A model generated the notes under the pieces. The model was not told the origin of the DNA and ran no database searches. It saw only the letters and a program-made list of their open reading frames with translations. The translations under genes and the position numbers were made by a program. Shown here piece after piece: positions 29,937-38,401 of a DNA stretch of 54,324 nt. Source of the stretch: Acidobacteriota bacterium (GTDB taxonomy: Bacteria > Acidobacteriota > Aminicenantia > Aminicenantales > Saccharicenantaceae); the NCBI GenBank assembly GCA_029571905.1, contig JAKPXU010000109.1, positions 1 through 54,324 on the forward strand, read 5' to 3'. Numbering within the stretch: position 1 is the first letter of the stretch; each line of letters begins with the position of its first letter.

Positions 29937-31130
29937 ATGTCAAAGACCAGAAAAAGAATAATTGTTCTCGGGAGCACTGGCTCCATTGGCAGCAACACGC
30001 TGGATGTCATTCGCCACCATCCCGGAGAATATCAAGTGGTTGGTCTGGCTGCCTGGAAGAATATCAGACTGTTGAGCGAACAGATCCAGGAGTTCAAGCC
30101 CCGGCTGGCAGCAGTCAAGAACCGGGCTGATTCGCTTGGCCTGCAGAAAAAATTTTCTAAGACTGGAACAGATGTCGTAGCCGGCGAGACCGGATTGCTT
30201 GAGCTGGTAACTGAACTGGAAGCTGATCTGGTTGTTTCAGCCATCACCGGTATTGCTGGACTAAAACCAACCATGGCTGCGCTGGAGGCCGGGAAAAATC
30301 TGGCACTGGCTAACAAAGAATCAATGGTAGTAGCCGGGCAATTTTTGAAAAAAATAGCAGCCCGGACAGGGGCCAGGATAATACCGGTTGACAGTGAACA
30401 TTCAGCTATCTTTCAATGTCTGCAGGGACAGAAGAAAAGATATCTAAAAAAGGTTTATTTAACCGCCTCAGGGGGTCCTTTTTTCCGGCTGCCAGTGAAT
30501 GATCTGGCCGAACGCAGGGTAGAAGAAGCACTAAAGCATCCCCGCTGGACCATGGGGAAAAAAGTAACCATCGATTCGGCCACTCTGATGAACAAGGGAT
30601 TGGAACTCATTGAAGCCAGGTGGTTATTTGATCTGCAACCAGAAGAACTGCAGGTGCTGATTCACCCTCAGAGTATTGTTCATGGACTGGTTGAGTTTCA
30701 GGATGGTTCAGTCCTGGCCCAGTTAAGCCAGACCGATATGAGGATCCCCATCCAGTATGCTTTGAGCTATCCTGAGCGCCAGACCTCTTTTTTGCCAGCT
30801 CTGAATCTGGCTGAAATTGCCAGCCTGGAATTTTACCCGGTTGATGATGAACAAAGATATCCGCTATTTTTTCTGGCCAGGAAAGCCCTGCAGGTCGGCG
30901 AGAGTTATCCTGTTATGCTCAATGCAGCCAATGAGGTAGCAGTGACTGCCTTTCTCGAGGGCAAAATTATGTTCGGTGAGATCCATTCCATCGTCGAGTA
31001 TTGCTATCGTCAGCATCAACCAGTTAGACTTACCTCGCTGGATGATGTCTTCACCTTAGATCATAAGACCAGATTTATGGCCAATCAATTTTTAAATCAA
31101 TTAGTCAATTTGAAGGGAAATCAGAGATGA
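29937..31130 (+). CDS. dxr: 1-deoxy-D-xylulose 5-phosphate reductoisomerase
   Basis: LGSTGSIGSNTLDV, LANKES, and PVDSEHSAIFQC motifs. Confidence 0.95.
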   Translation: MSKTRKRIIVLGSTGSIGSNTLDVIRHHPGEYQVVGLAAWKNIRLLSEQIQEFKPRLAAVKNRADSLGLQKKFSKTGTDVVAGETGLLELVTELEADLVVSAITGIAGLKPTMAALEAGKNLALANKESMVVAGQFLKKIAARTGARIIPVDSEHSAIFQCLQGQKKRYLKKVYLTASGGPFFRLPVNDLAERRVEEALKHPRWTMGKKVTIDSATLMNKGLELIEARWLFDLQPEELQVLIHPQSIVHGLVEFQDGSVLAQLSQTDMRIPIQYALSYPERQTSFLPALNLAEIASLEFYPVDDEQRYPLFFLARKALQVGESYPVMLNAANEVAVTAFLEGKIMFGEIHSIVEYCYRQHQPVRLTSLDDVFTLDHKTRFMANQFLNQLVNLKGNQR

Positions 31131-32497
31131 CCATCCTCGGGACAATAGTAGCCTTTATCATCGTTTTTGGTGTGCTGGTGTTTATTCATGAATTCGGGCA
31201 TTTCTTTACTGCCAAGCTAGTTGGGGTCAGAGTCGAAGTTTTTTCTCTGGGCTTTGGTCGCCGACTGTTTGGCTTTAAAAAGGGGGAGACTGATTACCGG
31301 ATTAGTCTTATTCCGCTGGGTGGCTATGTGAAGCTGCTGGGAGAAGGCATGTTTGATAAAAACCGGGAAATTTCTCCTGATGATTTTATGGCTAAGAACA
31401 GATTCCAGCGGTTTCTAATCCTGGTTATGGGTTCAGTAATGAATATCGTCCTGGCCATTGTGCTGGTGGCCATTATCAATATGGCTGGCGTGACTGTACC
31501 AGAATATCTGGACCAGCCGCCAGTAATTGGCTACATTGACCCCGGTTCACCAGCCGAAAAAGCTGGGCTGATGATTGACGATGAAATTTTGAAGATAAAT
31601 GGTCGTCCGGTTAAGACCTGGAATGAAGTCGAAATTACTATCGGCTCGAAGCCTGACCGGGAGATAACTCTAGAAATCAGAAGAGCCGGTCAAATCCTTA
31701 ATGTTCCGCTCAAGACCGATAAAATCACCAAATATGAGATGGGTTATGCTGGTTTTCGGGCTAAAATTCTGGCTCAAATTATGATGGTCAGCCCTGGTTC
31801 GCCAGCGGAGAAAGCCGGTCTTAAACCAGGAGATGTTATTCTGGCCATCGATGGTCAACCGGTCTTTCTATATAATTTTGTCGAGAAAATTGAAAAGAGT
31901 CCTGATATTCCGGTTACTATCACTGTTGACCGACAGGGGCAAAAACTTGATCTGACTGTTATCCCGAGAAAAGAAGGCAATGTCGGTAAAATAGGCATCA
32001 TGCAGGGAGCAAAATCTGTTACTCAAAAATATTCTTTTTTCCCAGCCATAGCTCGCAGTCTGGAAGATAATGCCAGGAATACTTTTCTGGTCATAAACTT
32101 TCTCAAAGACCTGTTTACTGGCGAGGCTTCAGCCAAGCAACTGGGTGGCCCGCTGGAAATTGCCAATTTTTCCTACGCAGCCATGAGAATAGGCTTGCTG
32201 GCCATGTTGAGCTGGATAGCTATTATCAGCCTGCAGCTGGGCATTTTGAATTTGTTGCCAATTCCCGTCTTTGATGGTGGTCAGATTTTCGTCCTGATGA
32301 TTGAAGCCATTATCAGAAGAGATCTCAGCCCGAGGATGAGAGAAATCTGGCTACAGATCGGCTTTTTGCTGGTTATTTTTATTATGGGTTTTGTCATCTT
32401 GAATGATTTAGTGAAAACTATGCCGGCTGGCTGGAAAAGCCTGGGTGACTTTTTTAAGAAACTGGCCGGCAGTTTAAACAGTGTCTTTAATCGATAA
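31127..32497 (+). CDS. rseP: RIP site-2 zinc metalloprotease RseP with two PDZ domains
   Basis: HEFGH and NLLPIPVFDGG motifs, and two PDZ repeats (GSPAEKAGL twice). ATGA overlap with dxr. Confidence 0.95.
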   Translation: MTILGTIVAFIIVFGVLVFIHEFGHFFTAKLVGVRVEVFSLGFGRRLFGFKKGETDYRISLIPLGGYVKLLGEGMFDKNREISPDDFMAKNRFQRFLILVMGSVMNIVLAIVLVAIINMAGVTVPEYLDQPPVIGYIDPGSPAEKAGLMIDDEILKINGRPVKTWNEVEITIGSKPDREITLEIRRAGQILNVPLKTDKITKYEMGYAGFRAKILAQIMMVSPGSPAEKAGLKPGDVILAIDGQPVFLYNFVEKIEKSPDIPVTITVDRQGQKLDLTVIPRKEGNVGKIGIMQGAKSVTQKYSFFPAIARSLEDNARNTFLVINFLKDLFTGEASAKQLGGPLEIANFSYAAMRIGLLAMLSWIAIISLQLGILNLLPIPVFDGGQIFVLMIEAIIRRDLSPRMREIWLQIGFLLVIFIMGFVILNDLVKTMPAGWKSLGDFFKKLAGSLNSVFNR

Positions 32498-32511
32498 GGT
32501 AAATTGTCGAG

Positions 32512-33618
32512 ATGAGTGAATCTCTTTTCCCCCGGCGAAAGACCAGAGTGATCAGAATAGGCCAGGTGGAAATTGGTGGAGAGCGTCCAATTGTTGTTCA
32601 GTCAATGACCAAGACGAGGACTGCCAGAATCGAACCAACTGTCAGGCAAATAAAAAGATTGGAAAAGGCTGGCTGCCAGCTGGTCCGGCTGGCTGTGCCG
32701 GAGATGGCCGATGCGCTGGCTATTAAGGAGATTAAGAAAAAAGTTAGCCTGCCGCTGGTGGCTGATATCCATTTTGATCCTAATCTGGCCATTGCTTCGA
32801 TAGAGGCCGGAGTGGATGGCCTCAGGATTAATCCCGGGACTTTTGGATCAAAAAGCAAGTTAAAGGAAGTAGTGGAAAGAGCTCGCGACAGACAAATCCC
32901 GATTAGAATAGGCATAAATTCAGGTTCGCTGGAAAAAGATCTAAGGTCAAAATATGGCGAGGTTACACCGGAAGCAATGGTGGAAAGCGCCCTGCGGGAG
33001 ATCAAACTGCTCGAGGGCCTGGATTTTTATGACATAAAAATCTCGCTTAAGGCTTCTGATATCGAGAGGACACTCCAGGCCTACCGGTTGCTGGCTACCC
33101 GGGTTGATTATCCTTTTCACGCCGGTATTACTGAAGCCGGGACCTTATTCAGAGGTAGCCTGAAATCAGTAGCCGGTCTGAGCTTGCTGATCAGAGAAGG
33201 GTTAGCTGATACGATCAGGGTTTCTCTAACTGCCCCACCAGAAAAAGAAGTGGAAGTGGCCAATCTGCTTCTTCAGGATCTGGGTCTGAAAAAAAGTGGA
33301 ATAAATTTTATTTCCTGTCCTGGTTGTGGCCGCTGCCAGGTTGATATTCAGAAACTGGCCACTCAAATAGAGCGTCGAATTTCGTCGCTTACAAGCAGTC
33401 TAACCGTAGCGGTTATGGGTTGTCCGGTCAATGGTCCAGGCGAAGCTAAAGAAGCTGACCTGGGGGTGGCTGGCGGGCAAGGAGTTGGTATCATCTTTAA
33501 GAAAGGAAAAGTCATAAAAAAAATCCCCGCCGACAAGATTGTTGATGAACTGGTCAAGGAAGTCTTTAAGCTTGAGGATGAGAAGAAAAAGACAAAAAAG
33601 AGGAACAACCATGGCTGA
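32512..33618 (+). CDS. ispG: 4-hydroxy-3-methylbut-2-enyl diphosphate synthase
   Basis: GcpE pattern with VQSMT, CPGCGRC and MGCPVNGPGE. Lys-rich C-terminal tail. Confidence 0.95.
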   Translation: MSESLFPRRKTRVIRIGQVEIGGERPIVVQSMTKTRTARIEPTVRQIKRLEKAGCQLVRLAVPEMADALAIKEIKKKVSLPLVADIHFDPNLAIASIEAGVDGLRINPGTFGSKSKLKEVVERARDRQIPIRIGINSGSLEKDLRSKYGEVTPEAMVESALREIKLLEGLDFYDIKISLKASDIERTLQAYRLLATRVDYPFHAGITEAGTLFRGSLKSVAGLSLLIREGLADTIRVSLTAPPEKEVEVANLLLQDLGLKKSGINFISCPGCGRCQVDIQKLATQIERRISSLTSSLTVAVMGCPVNGPGEAKEADLGVAGGQGVGIIFKKGKVIKKIPADKIVDELVKEVFKLEDEKKKTKKRNNHG

Positions 33619-34507
33619 CGCCAGGAGCCGATCCAGGGGAAGGCAGTCAAAAAGCAGGCCAAAGGCGGTCAAATCAGGAAGAGTTTCGGAGCAGCTCGAA
33701 GCAGACTTAATTCAGAAATATGAGAGATTAAAAGAGGAGCTAAAATCAGCTGAAAGCGCTCTGGTGGCTTTTTCAGGAGGAGTAGATAGCAGTCTTCTCC
33801 TGCGGGTGGCGGCCGACGTGCTTGGAGATAGGGTTAAGGCTGTTATTGTTGATAGCCCCCTATTTAGCCGTCAGGAAATTCAGGCGGCCAGAAAACTGGC
33901 TGCTGATCTTAAGGTCGACCTGATGACTGTCCAGGTCAATAGCCTGGAAGTGCCCGGGGTAGTTAAAAATACTGATCAGCGTTGTTTTTACTGTAAATTT
34001 TCCTTTTTTTCTAGGTTAAAGGAAGTGGCCAGAGAAATTGGCCTTAATAAAGTCCTGGAAGGTTCCAACCTGGATGATGCTGCCGACTACCGCCCGGGAA
34101 GAAAAGCCCTTAAAGAGCTCGGCATCTATTCGCCTCTGGCAGAAGCGGGTTTGACCAAGGCAGAAATCAGGCGTCTGGCCAGGTATATTGGTCTTTCTAA
34201 CTGGAACAAGCCTCAAGCTGCCTGTCTGGCCTCCAGAATTCCTTATGGGCAGCCACTTGATCGCGCTATCCTGGAGAAAATTGAAAAAGGAGAAAAGATA
34301 ATCAGGCAGCAGGGCTTCAGCCAGGTCAGGTTGAGACACCATGGAGAGATAGCCCGGATTGAAATTGACCAGGCAGAATTCCGGCTGTGGCTTAAGCCCA
34401 AGATAAAGGAAAAGGTGGTCGCTAATTTAAAAAAACTTGGCTATCGCTATGTGACGCTTGACCTGGACGGCTACCGGACCGGAAGTCTTAATCCGCCAGA
34501 TAAGTGA
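33611..34507 (+). CDS. LarE-like PP-loop ATP pyrophosphatase / sulfur transferase (TIGR00268-type)
   Basis: PP-loop AFSGGVDSS and the conserved ACLASRIPYG Cys motif. Start set at MADARSR, giving an 8-nt overlap with ispG. Confidence 0.75.
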   Translation: MADARSRSRGRQSKSRPKAVKSGRVSEQLEADLIQKYERLKEELKSAESALVAFSGGVDSSLLLRVAADVLGDRVKAVIVDSPLFSRQEIQAARKLAADLKVDLMTVQVNSLEVPGVVKNTDQRCFYCKFSFFSRLKEVAREIGLNKVLEGSNLDDAADYRPGRKALKELGIYSPLAEAGLTKAEIRRLARYIGLSNWNKPQAACLASRIPYGQPLDRAILEKIEKGEKIIRQQGFSQVRLRHHGEIARIEIDQAEFRLWLKPKIKEKVVANLKKLGYRYVTLDLDGYRTGSLNPPDK

Positions 34508-34530
34508 GGGGTAATCATCTGCCGACAGCC

Positions 34531-35496
34531 TCAGCTGTCTTTGACCAGGTTGGCTGGTGTCTTTCCTGCCAGAGCTTCCAGTAAGTTATTGACTGCCATC
34601 AAGCTCATCTGCAGCCTGGTTTCATAAGTAGCGCTGCCAATGTGGGGCAAAAGAACAACATTTTTTAATGAGAGTAAATCTGGCTCGATTTGTGGCTCGT
34701 GCTCATAGACATCAAGACCGGCGGCCCAGATCTGGCCGGTTTTTAAGGCCTTGGCCAGAGCTTTCTCATCAACAATTGCACCGCGGGCGACATTGATTAA
34801 AACGGCAGATCTTTTCATCAGAGCCAGCTTATCGCCAGTAATCAGATGGTCTGAATCTGGGTTGAGTGAAGCATGGATAGAGACGATATCGGCTTCGGCT
34901 AAAAGAGTATCGAGCTGGCGATAGTCAGCTTTTAGGGCAGCTTCCCTGTCCGGGCTTAAGCGGTGGCGGTTATAATAGATGATTTTCAATCCGAAAGCCT
35001 GAGCTCTTCGGGCCACAGCCTGTCCGATCTGACCACAACCGATTATCCCCAGGGTTTTTCCCTGCAGTCCCTGGCCGAGAAAAAGATCTATTCTCCAGCC
35101 TTGAAACCGACCCTGACGGCAGAATTCATCGGCCTCCACTATCCGTCTGGTGGTGGCCAGAATCAGAGCCATGGTCAGGTCGGCTGTGGGCTCAGTCAGA
35201 ATATTGGGAGTATTGGTCACAATAATGCCACGGCTTCGGGCCAGTTTCAGGTCAATATTATTGATTCCAACTGCACAATTGGAAATGGCTCTCAGGGCGG
35301 GAGCATGGTCTAACACCTCCTGGTCAATGGTATCAGACAAAAAACAGAGCAGTCCTTCTTTATCCACAATTTTTTGGACCAGCTCAGAGTGCGGCAGAAA
35401 ATCCTGGCTGGTGGCCAGCTCCAGTTCTGTCTGCTCGGCCAGATAATCCATGGCTTCCTTTAATAAAGGATGAGTTAAGAGAACTTTTGGTTTCAT
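34531..35496 (-). CDS. D-isomer-specific 2-hydroxyacid dehydrogenase (glyoxylate/hydroxypyruvate reductase-like)
   Basis: NAD motif GIIGCGQIGQAVARRA, plus NVARG and PHIGSAT motifs. Start set at MKPKVLL. Confidence 0.85.
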   Translation of the reverse strand: MKPKVLLTHPLLKEAMDYLAEQTELELATSQDFLPHSELVQKIVDKEGLLCFLSDTIDQEVLDHAPALRAISNCAVGINNIDLKLARSRGIIVTNTPNILTEPTADLTMALILATTRRIVEADEFCRQGRFQGWRIDLFLGQGLQGKTLGIIGCGQIGQAVARRAQAFGLKIIYYNRHRLSPDREAALKADYRQLDTLLAEADIVSIHASLNPDSDHLITGDKLALMKRSAVLINVARGAIVDEKALAKALKTGQIWAAGLDVYEHEPQIEPDLLSLKNVVLLPHIGSATYETRLQMSLMAVNNLLEALAGKTPANLVKDS

Positions 35497-35524
35497 CGGA
35501 CCTACCTCAAGATTAGTTAGATTC

Positions 35525-36229
35525 TCAGGACTCAAAGATAAGCGGCCTGAAATATTTTTCAGTGGCCTTAAAAACTATCTGGGTGTTCATCAGATTGCGC
35601 CAGGAAGATGGCGACAGTTCGTCGGAGACAATAAAGAGGCCGGCTGTTTCTAGGCCATAAAATTCCGAAAAAGCCAGAACGGCCGACATTTCCATGTCAA
35701 CAGCCACCACACCTCTTTTCTGCATATTTTCCAACCAGGAGCGTGTCTCCCGGTAGGGAGCGTCAGTTGAGACTACCGTACCTTCGGCATAAGGCAAATC
35801 TCTGGCTGCCAGATAATCAACCAGTCGCTGGCGCCTGGTGGTTGAGACCCGGTAGAGTCTATTTTCTCCAGGCAGATAATGGCTGGATGTTCCTTCGTCG
35901 GACAGGGCGCAAAGAGGTAGAAAAGCCTGGCCAATCTTAATAGATTCAGACAGTGAACCGCAGTAACTGAGGACAATTATTTCCTTCAAATTTCCCAGCC
36001 TGATTTTTTCCAGTGTGCTAACACTGGCTGAAGCGCCGACCGGGCCATAGAGCACCGCTTGCTCTTTAAAATAAAAGAGCTGGCACAGATGAATGTTAAC
36101 CTTCTGGCCTGCTTTTTTCCTCAGATCTGAGACAAAAGACTTTATTGGCATGAAAGGAATAAAAATTAAACGACCATTCGGTATTTCAGGACCGTGAAAA
36201 GAAGGCCTGGCAATAGATTCCTCTTTCAT
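35525..36229 (-). CDS. PNP_UDP_1-family nucleoside phosphorylase/nucleosidase-like protein
   Basis: GPVGASASVSTLEKI, SYCGSL and AVDMEMSAVLAF follow the phosphorylase-superfamily pattern. Substrate cannot be assigned from sequence alone. Confidence 0.6.
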   Translation of the reverse strand: MKEESIARPSFHGPEIPNGRLIFIPFMPIKSFVSDLRKKAGQKVNIHLCQLFYFKEQAVLYGPVGASASVSTLEKIRLGNLKEIIVLSYCGSLSESIKIGQAFLPLCALSDEGTSSHYLPGENRLYRVSTTRRQRLVDYLAARDLPYAEGTVVSTDAPYRETRSWLENMQKRGVVAVDMEMSAVLAFSEFYGLETAGLFIVSDELSPSSWRNLMNTQIVFKATEKYFRPLIFES

Positions 36230-36285
36230 GTTCAAAATAAAATAGCAAATTTCAATCTAACTGGCAACTCTTCCGGCTGATGATG

Positions 36286-36314
36286 TTTACAAAATTAAAG
36301 TCGTTCCGTAGAAT
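36286..36314 (+). promoter_or_regulatory. sigma70-like promoter of the ParB-like/SPL operon
   Basis: TTTACA (36286-36291), 17-nt spacer, TAGAAT (36309-36314). The ATG at 36321 is 6 nt after the -10 element and there is no SD. Confidence 0.45.
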
Positions 36315-36320
36315 TAAGAT

Positions 36321-37286
36321 ATGGAATTAAGGCAGATCAGCCTGAGGGAAATTAATTTAGAAGATACCAGGTTCAAGTTTACCCTCGATAAATCTGATGA
36401 GAAGCTAAGTTTTTCTATCCAGCGAGCAGGACTGGTTGAGCCGGTGATCGTTAAAAGCGACGGTCAGGCTTTTATTCTGGTGACTGGTTGGAGGAGGGTA
36501 GAGGCTTCCCGAAAATTTGGTTTAAAAGAAATTATGGGGTTAGTAACGCCGTCGGAATTGACCGATCTTACTCTCTTTAGCCTGGCTTTTTTCGAAAGTT
36601 ATCCTAAGAAGAATTTCTCTTTAGCGGAGAAAGCTCTGATCATAAAGAAATTCATCGAGTTCGGGCTCAGCCGGGAAGAGATAATTAAAGAGTTTCTTGC
36701 CAGGTTGGAGCTCCCACCTGAAAGGCAGACTGTTGATCTTCTTAGCCAGCTGGCCTGTTTAGACTGGGCTTTGCCATCTATCCATCGTGGTGGCTGGAAA
36801 CTATCAACAGCCAGGCTCTTTCTGACCTTCCTTCCTGAAGAGAGGGAGGCCATTATCGGCTTGTCTGAGGCTTTTAATCACAACCAGCAGGCTGAGCTGA
36901 TTGAACTTCTCTTTACTCTTAAGAAAAGGCGGAAGGTGGGACTGGACACCATTCTGACTGAAGAAGAGCTTAAACCACTGGTTCGGGCAGCCAGAGAGAG
37001 AAAGCCCAGGGCTGGGCTGGAACTGTTGGCTGCCTTGAGAGAAAGGGCTTTTCCTCTGGTGACTGAGATTAACCGAGAGATACAAGCCGCTTTAAGGCAA
37101 ATTAACCTGCCAGTGAATAGTCGTCTCGACTACGATCATTCACTCGAAAAAAGCTCTCTCTCTATCAGTTTTGAAGCCAGAACAAGGGAGGAAATGGAAC
37201 TTGTGGTTGAACAGCTAAAGCAAAAGCTAAAGGAAGGCGAGTTAGATGTTTTATTTGGACTTTTAAACAAAGAGATTGATGAGTAG
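36321..37286 (+). CDS. ParB/Srx N-terminal-domain protein (ParB-like, no ParA partner)
   Basis: VEPVIVKSDGQAFILVTGWRRVEASRKFG matches ParB box I/II, including the GxRRxxA arginine patch. An HTH-like segment follows (SLAEKALIIKKFIEFGLSREEI), then a long charged helical C-terminal half. Confidence 0.7.
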   Translation: MELRQISLREINLEDTRFKFTLDKSDEKLSFSIQRAGLVEPVIVKSDGQAFILVTGWRRVEASRKFGLKEIMGLVTPSELTDLTLFSLAFFESYPKKNFSLAEKALIIKKFIEFGLSREEIIKEFLARLELPPERQTVDLLSQLACLDWALPSIHRGGWKLSTARLFLTFLPEEREAIIGLSEAFNHNQQAELIELLFTLKKRRKVGLDTILTEEELKPLVRAARERKPRAGLELLAALRERAFPLVTEINREIQAALRQINLPVNSRLDYDHSLEKSSLSISFEARTREEMELVVEQLKQKLKEGELDVLFGLLNKEIDE

Positions 37287-37294
37287 CTAACTGC

Positions 37295-38374
37295 ATGCAG
37301 GAGAATAAGTGGATTAAAAGAATCTTCGTCAACAGGCAGCTTGAAAATTCTCCGCTGGTAGAAAGAATAATAAGCCGGCTAAAACCAACTCCTGTTAAGC
37401 TGGTTGACAGGTTGGAAGAAATTCAGGCGGAGCTACGTCTGGCAACTGACCCCATCGCCGAGAGCAAAAGAGTTTTGTTTTTGACCGACGAGAAGGCCTT
37501 TATTCGCCCCTGTCCCTGCAGTCCGGGTGCTGTTCCCTGTGGTTACTGGACAATCGATCTCAATCTTAACTGCCCGCTTGACTGCAGTTATTGCATTCTC
37601 CAGGCTTATTTTAGCCTGCAACCCCTGACCATAGCTGTTAACCAGAAAGATTTAGAAAGCGAGCTCGGCGCTTTTCTGGCCAGCACCAGAACTAAAGTGC
37701 TCAGAATTGGTACGGGTGAACTCGGAGATTCTCTGGCTCTGGAGGCGATATCCGGTCAGGCTTCTTTCCTGATAGATTTATTTCGAGATAAAAAGGGAGT
37801 CCTGCTGGAGCTGAAGACAAAGACCGCGGCTATTGATTCTCTGCTGGTCAGTCCGCCATCAGAAAATGTAGTCTTAGCCTGGTCGCTTAATACAGAAAGG
37901 ATAATTAAGATGGAAGAGATCGGTTCGGCCAGTCTGGGAGAAAGGGTCAGGTCAGCCGAACGGGCAGTTGAGCACGGCTTTAAAGTAGCCTTTCACTTCG
38001 ACCCGATAATTTATTATTCAGGCTGGGAAAAAGAATATGGTGAGGTCTGTGAAGGTTTATTAAAGAAAATACCTCCAGCCTCCTTAGCCTGGGTCAGTCT
38101 GGGAACATTGCGTTTTCCAGGCAAATTGAGAGAAATAGCCAGACAGAGGTTTCCAGAAAGTTTGATTTACGAGGAAGAATTGGTCAGATCCTGGGATGGG
38201 AAATTAAGATATCCGCGGCCACTGAGGTTGAGAATATATCAAAAATTAGGAGAAATCTTTAAAGCTTATGGTTGTAGCGACAGGCTTTATCTTTGTATGG
38301 AGTCGCCTGAAGTCTGGATGGATTTTTCTAAACAAAATAAAAAAGGGGAAGCATTTAGCTTCCCCTTTTTCTAG
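37295..38374 (+). CDS. spore-photoproduct-lyase-family (SplB/COG1533-like) radical SAM protein
   Basis: CxxxCxxC cluster motif CPLDCSYC. The size and N-terminal layout resemble SPL-family enzymes. It begins 8 nt downstream of the ParB-like gene. Confidence 0.65.
   Translation: MQENKWIKRIFVNRQLENSPLVERIISRLKPTPVKLVDRLEEIQAELRLATDPIAESKRVLFLTDEKAFIRPCPCSPGAVPCGYWTIDLNLNCPLDCSYCILQAYFSLQPLTIAVNQKDLESELGAFLASTRTKVLRIGTGELGDSLALEAISGQASFLIDLFRDKKGVLLELKTKTAAIDSLLVSPPSENVVLAWSLNTERIIKMEEIGSASLGERVRSAERAVEHGFKVAFHFDPIIYYSGWEKEYGEVCEGLLKKIPPASLAWVSLGTLRFPGKLREIARQRFPESLIYEEELVRSWDGKLRYPRPLRLRIYQKLGEIFKAYGCSDRLYLCMESPEVWMDFSKQNKKGEAFSFPFF
38345..38371. terminator. strong intrinsic terminator, probably bidirectional (SPL gene / exbD convergent)
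   Basis: GGGGAAGC-ATTTA-GCTTCCCC followed by TTTTT. The opposite strand is preceded by an A-tract (AATAAAAAA), which gives a U-run for minus-strand transcripts. The hairpin encodes the last codons of the SPL-family CDS. Confidence 0.65.
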
Positions 38375-38401
38375 CTTAAATAACTAGTCAGAAATCAAAA
38401 A

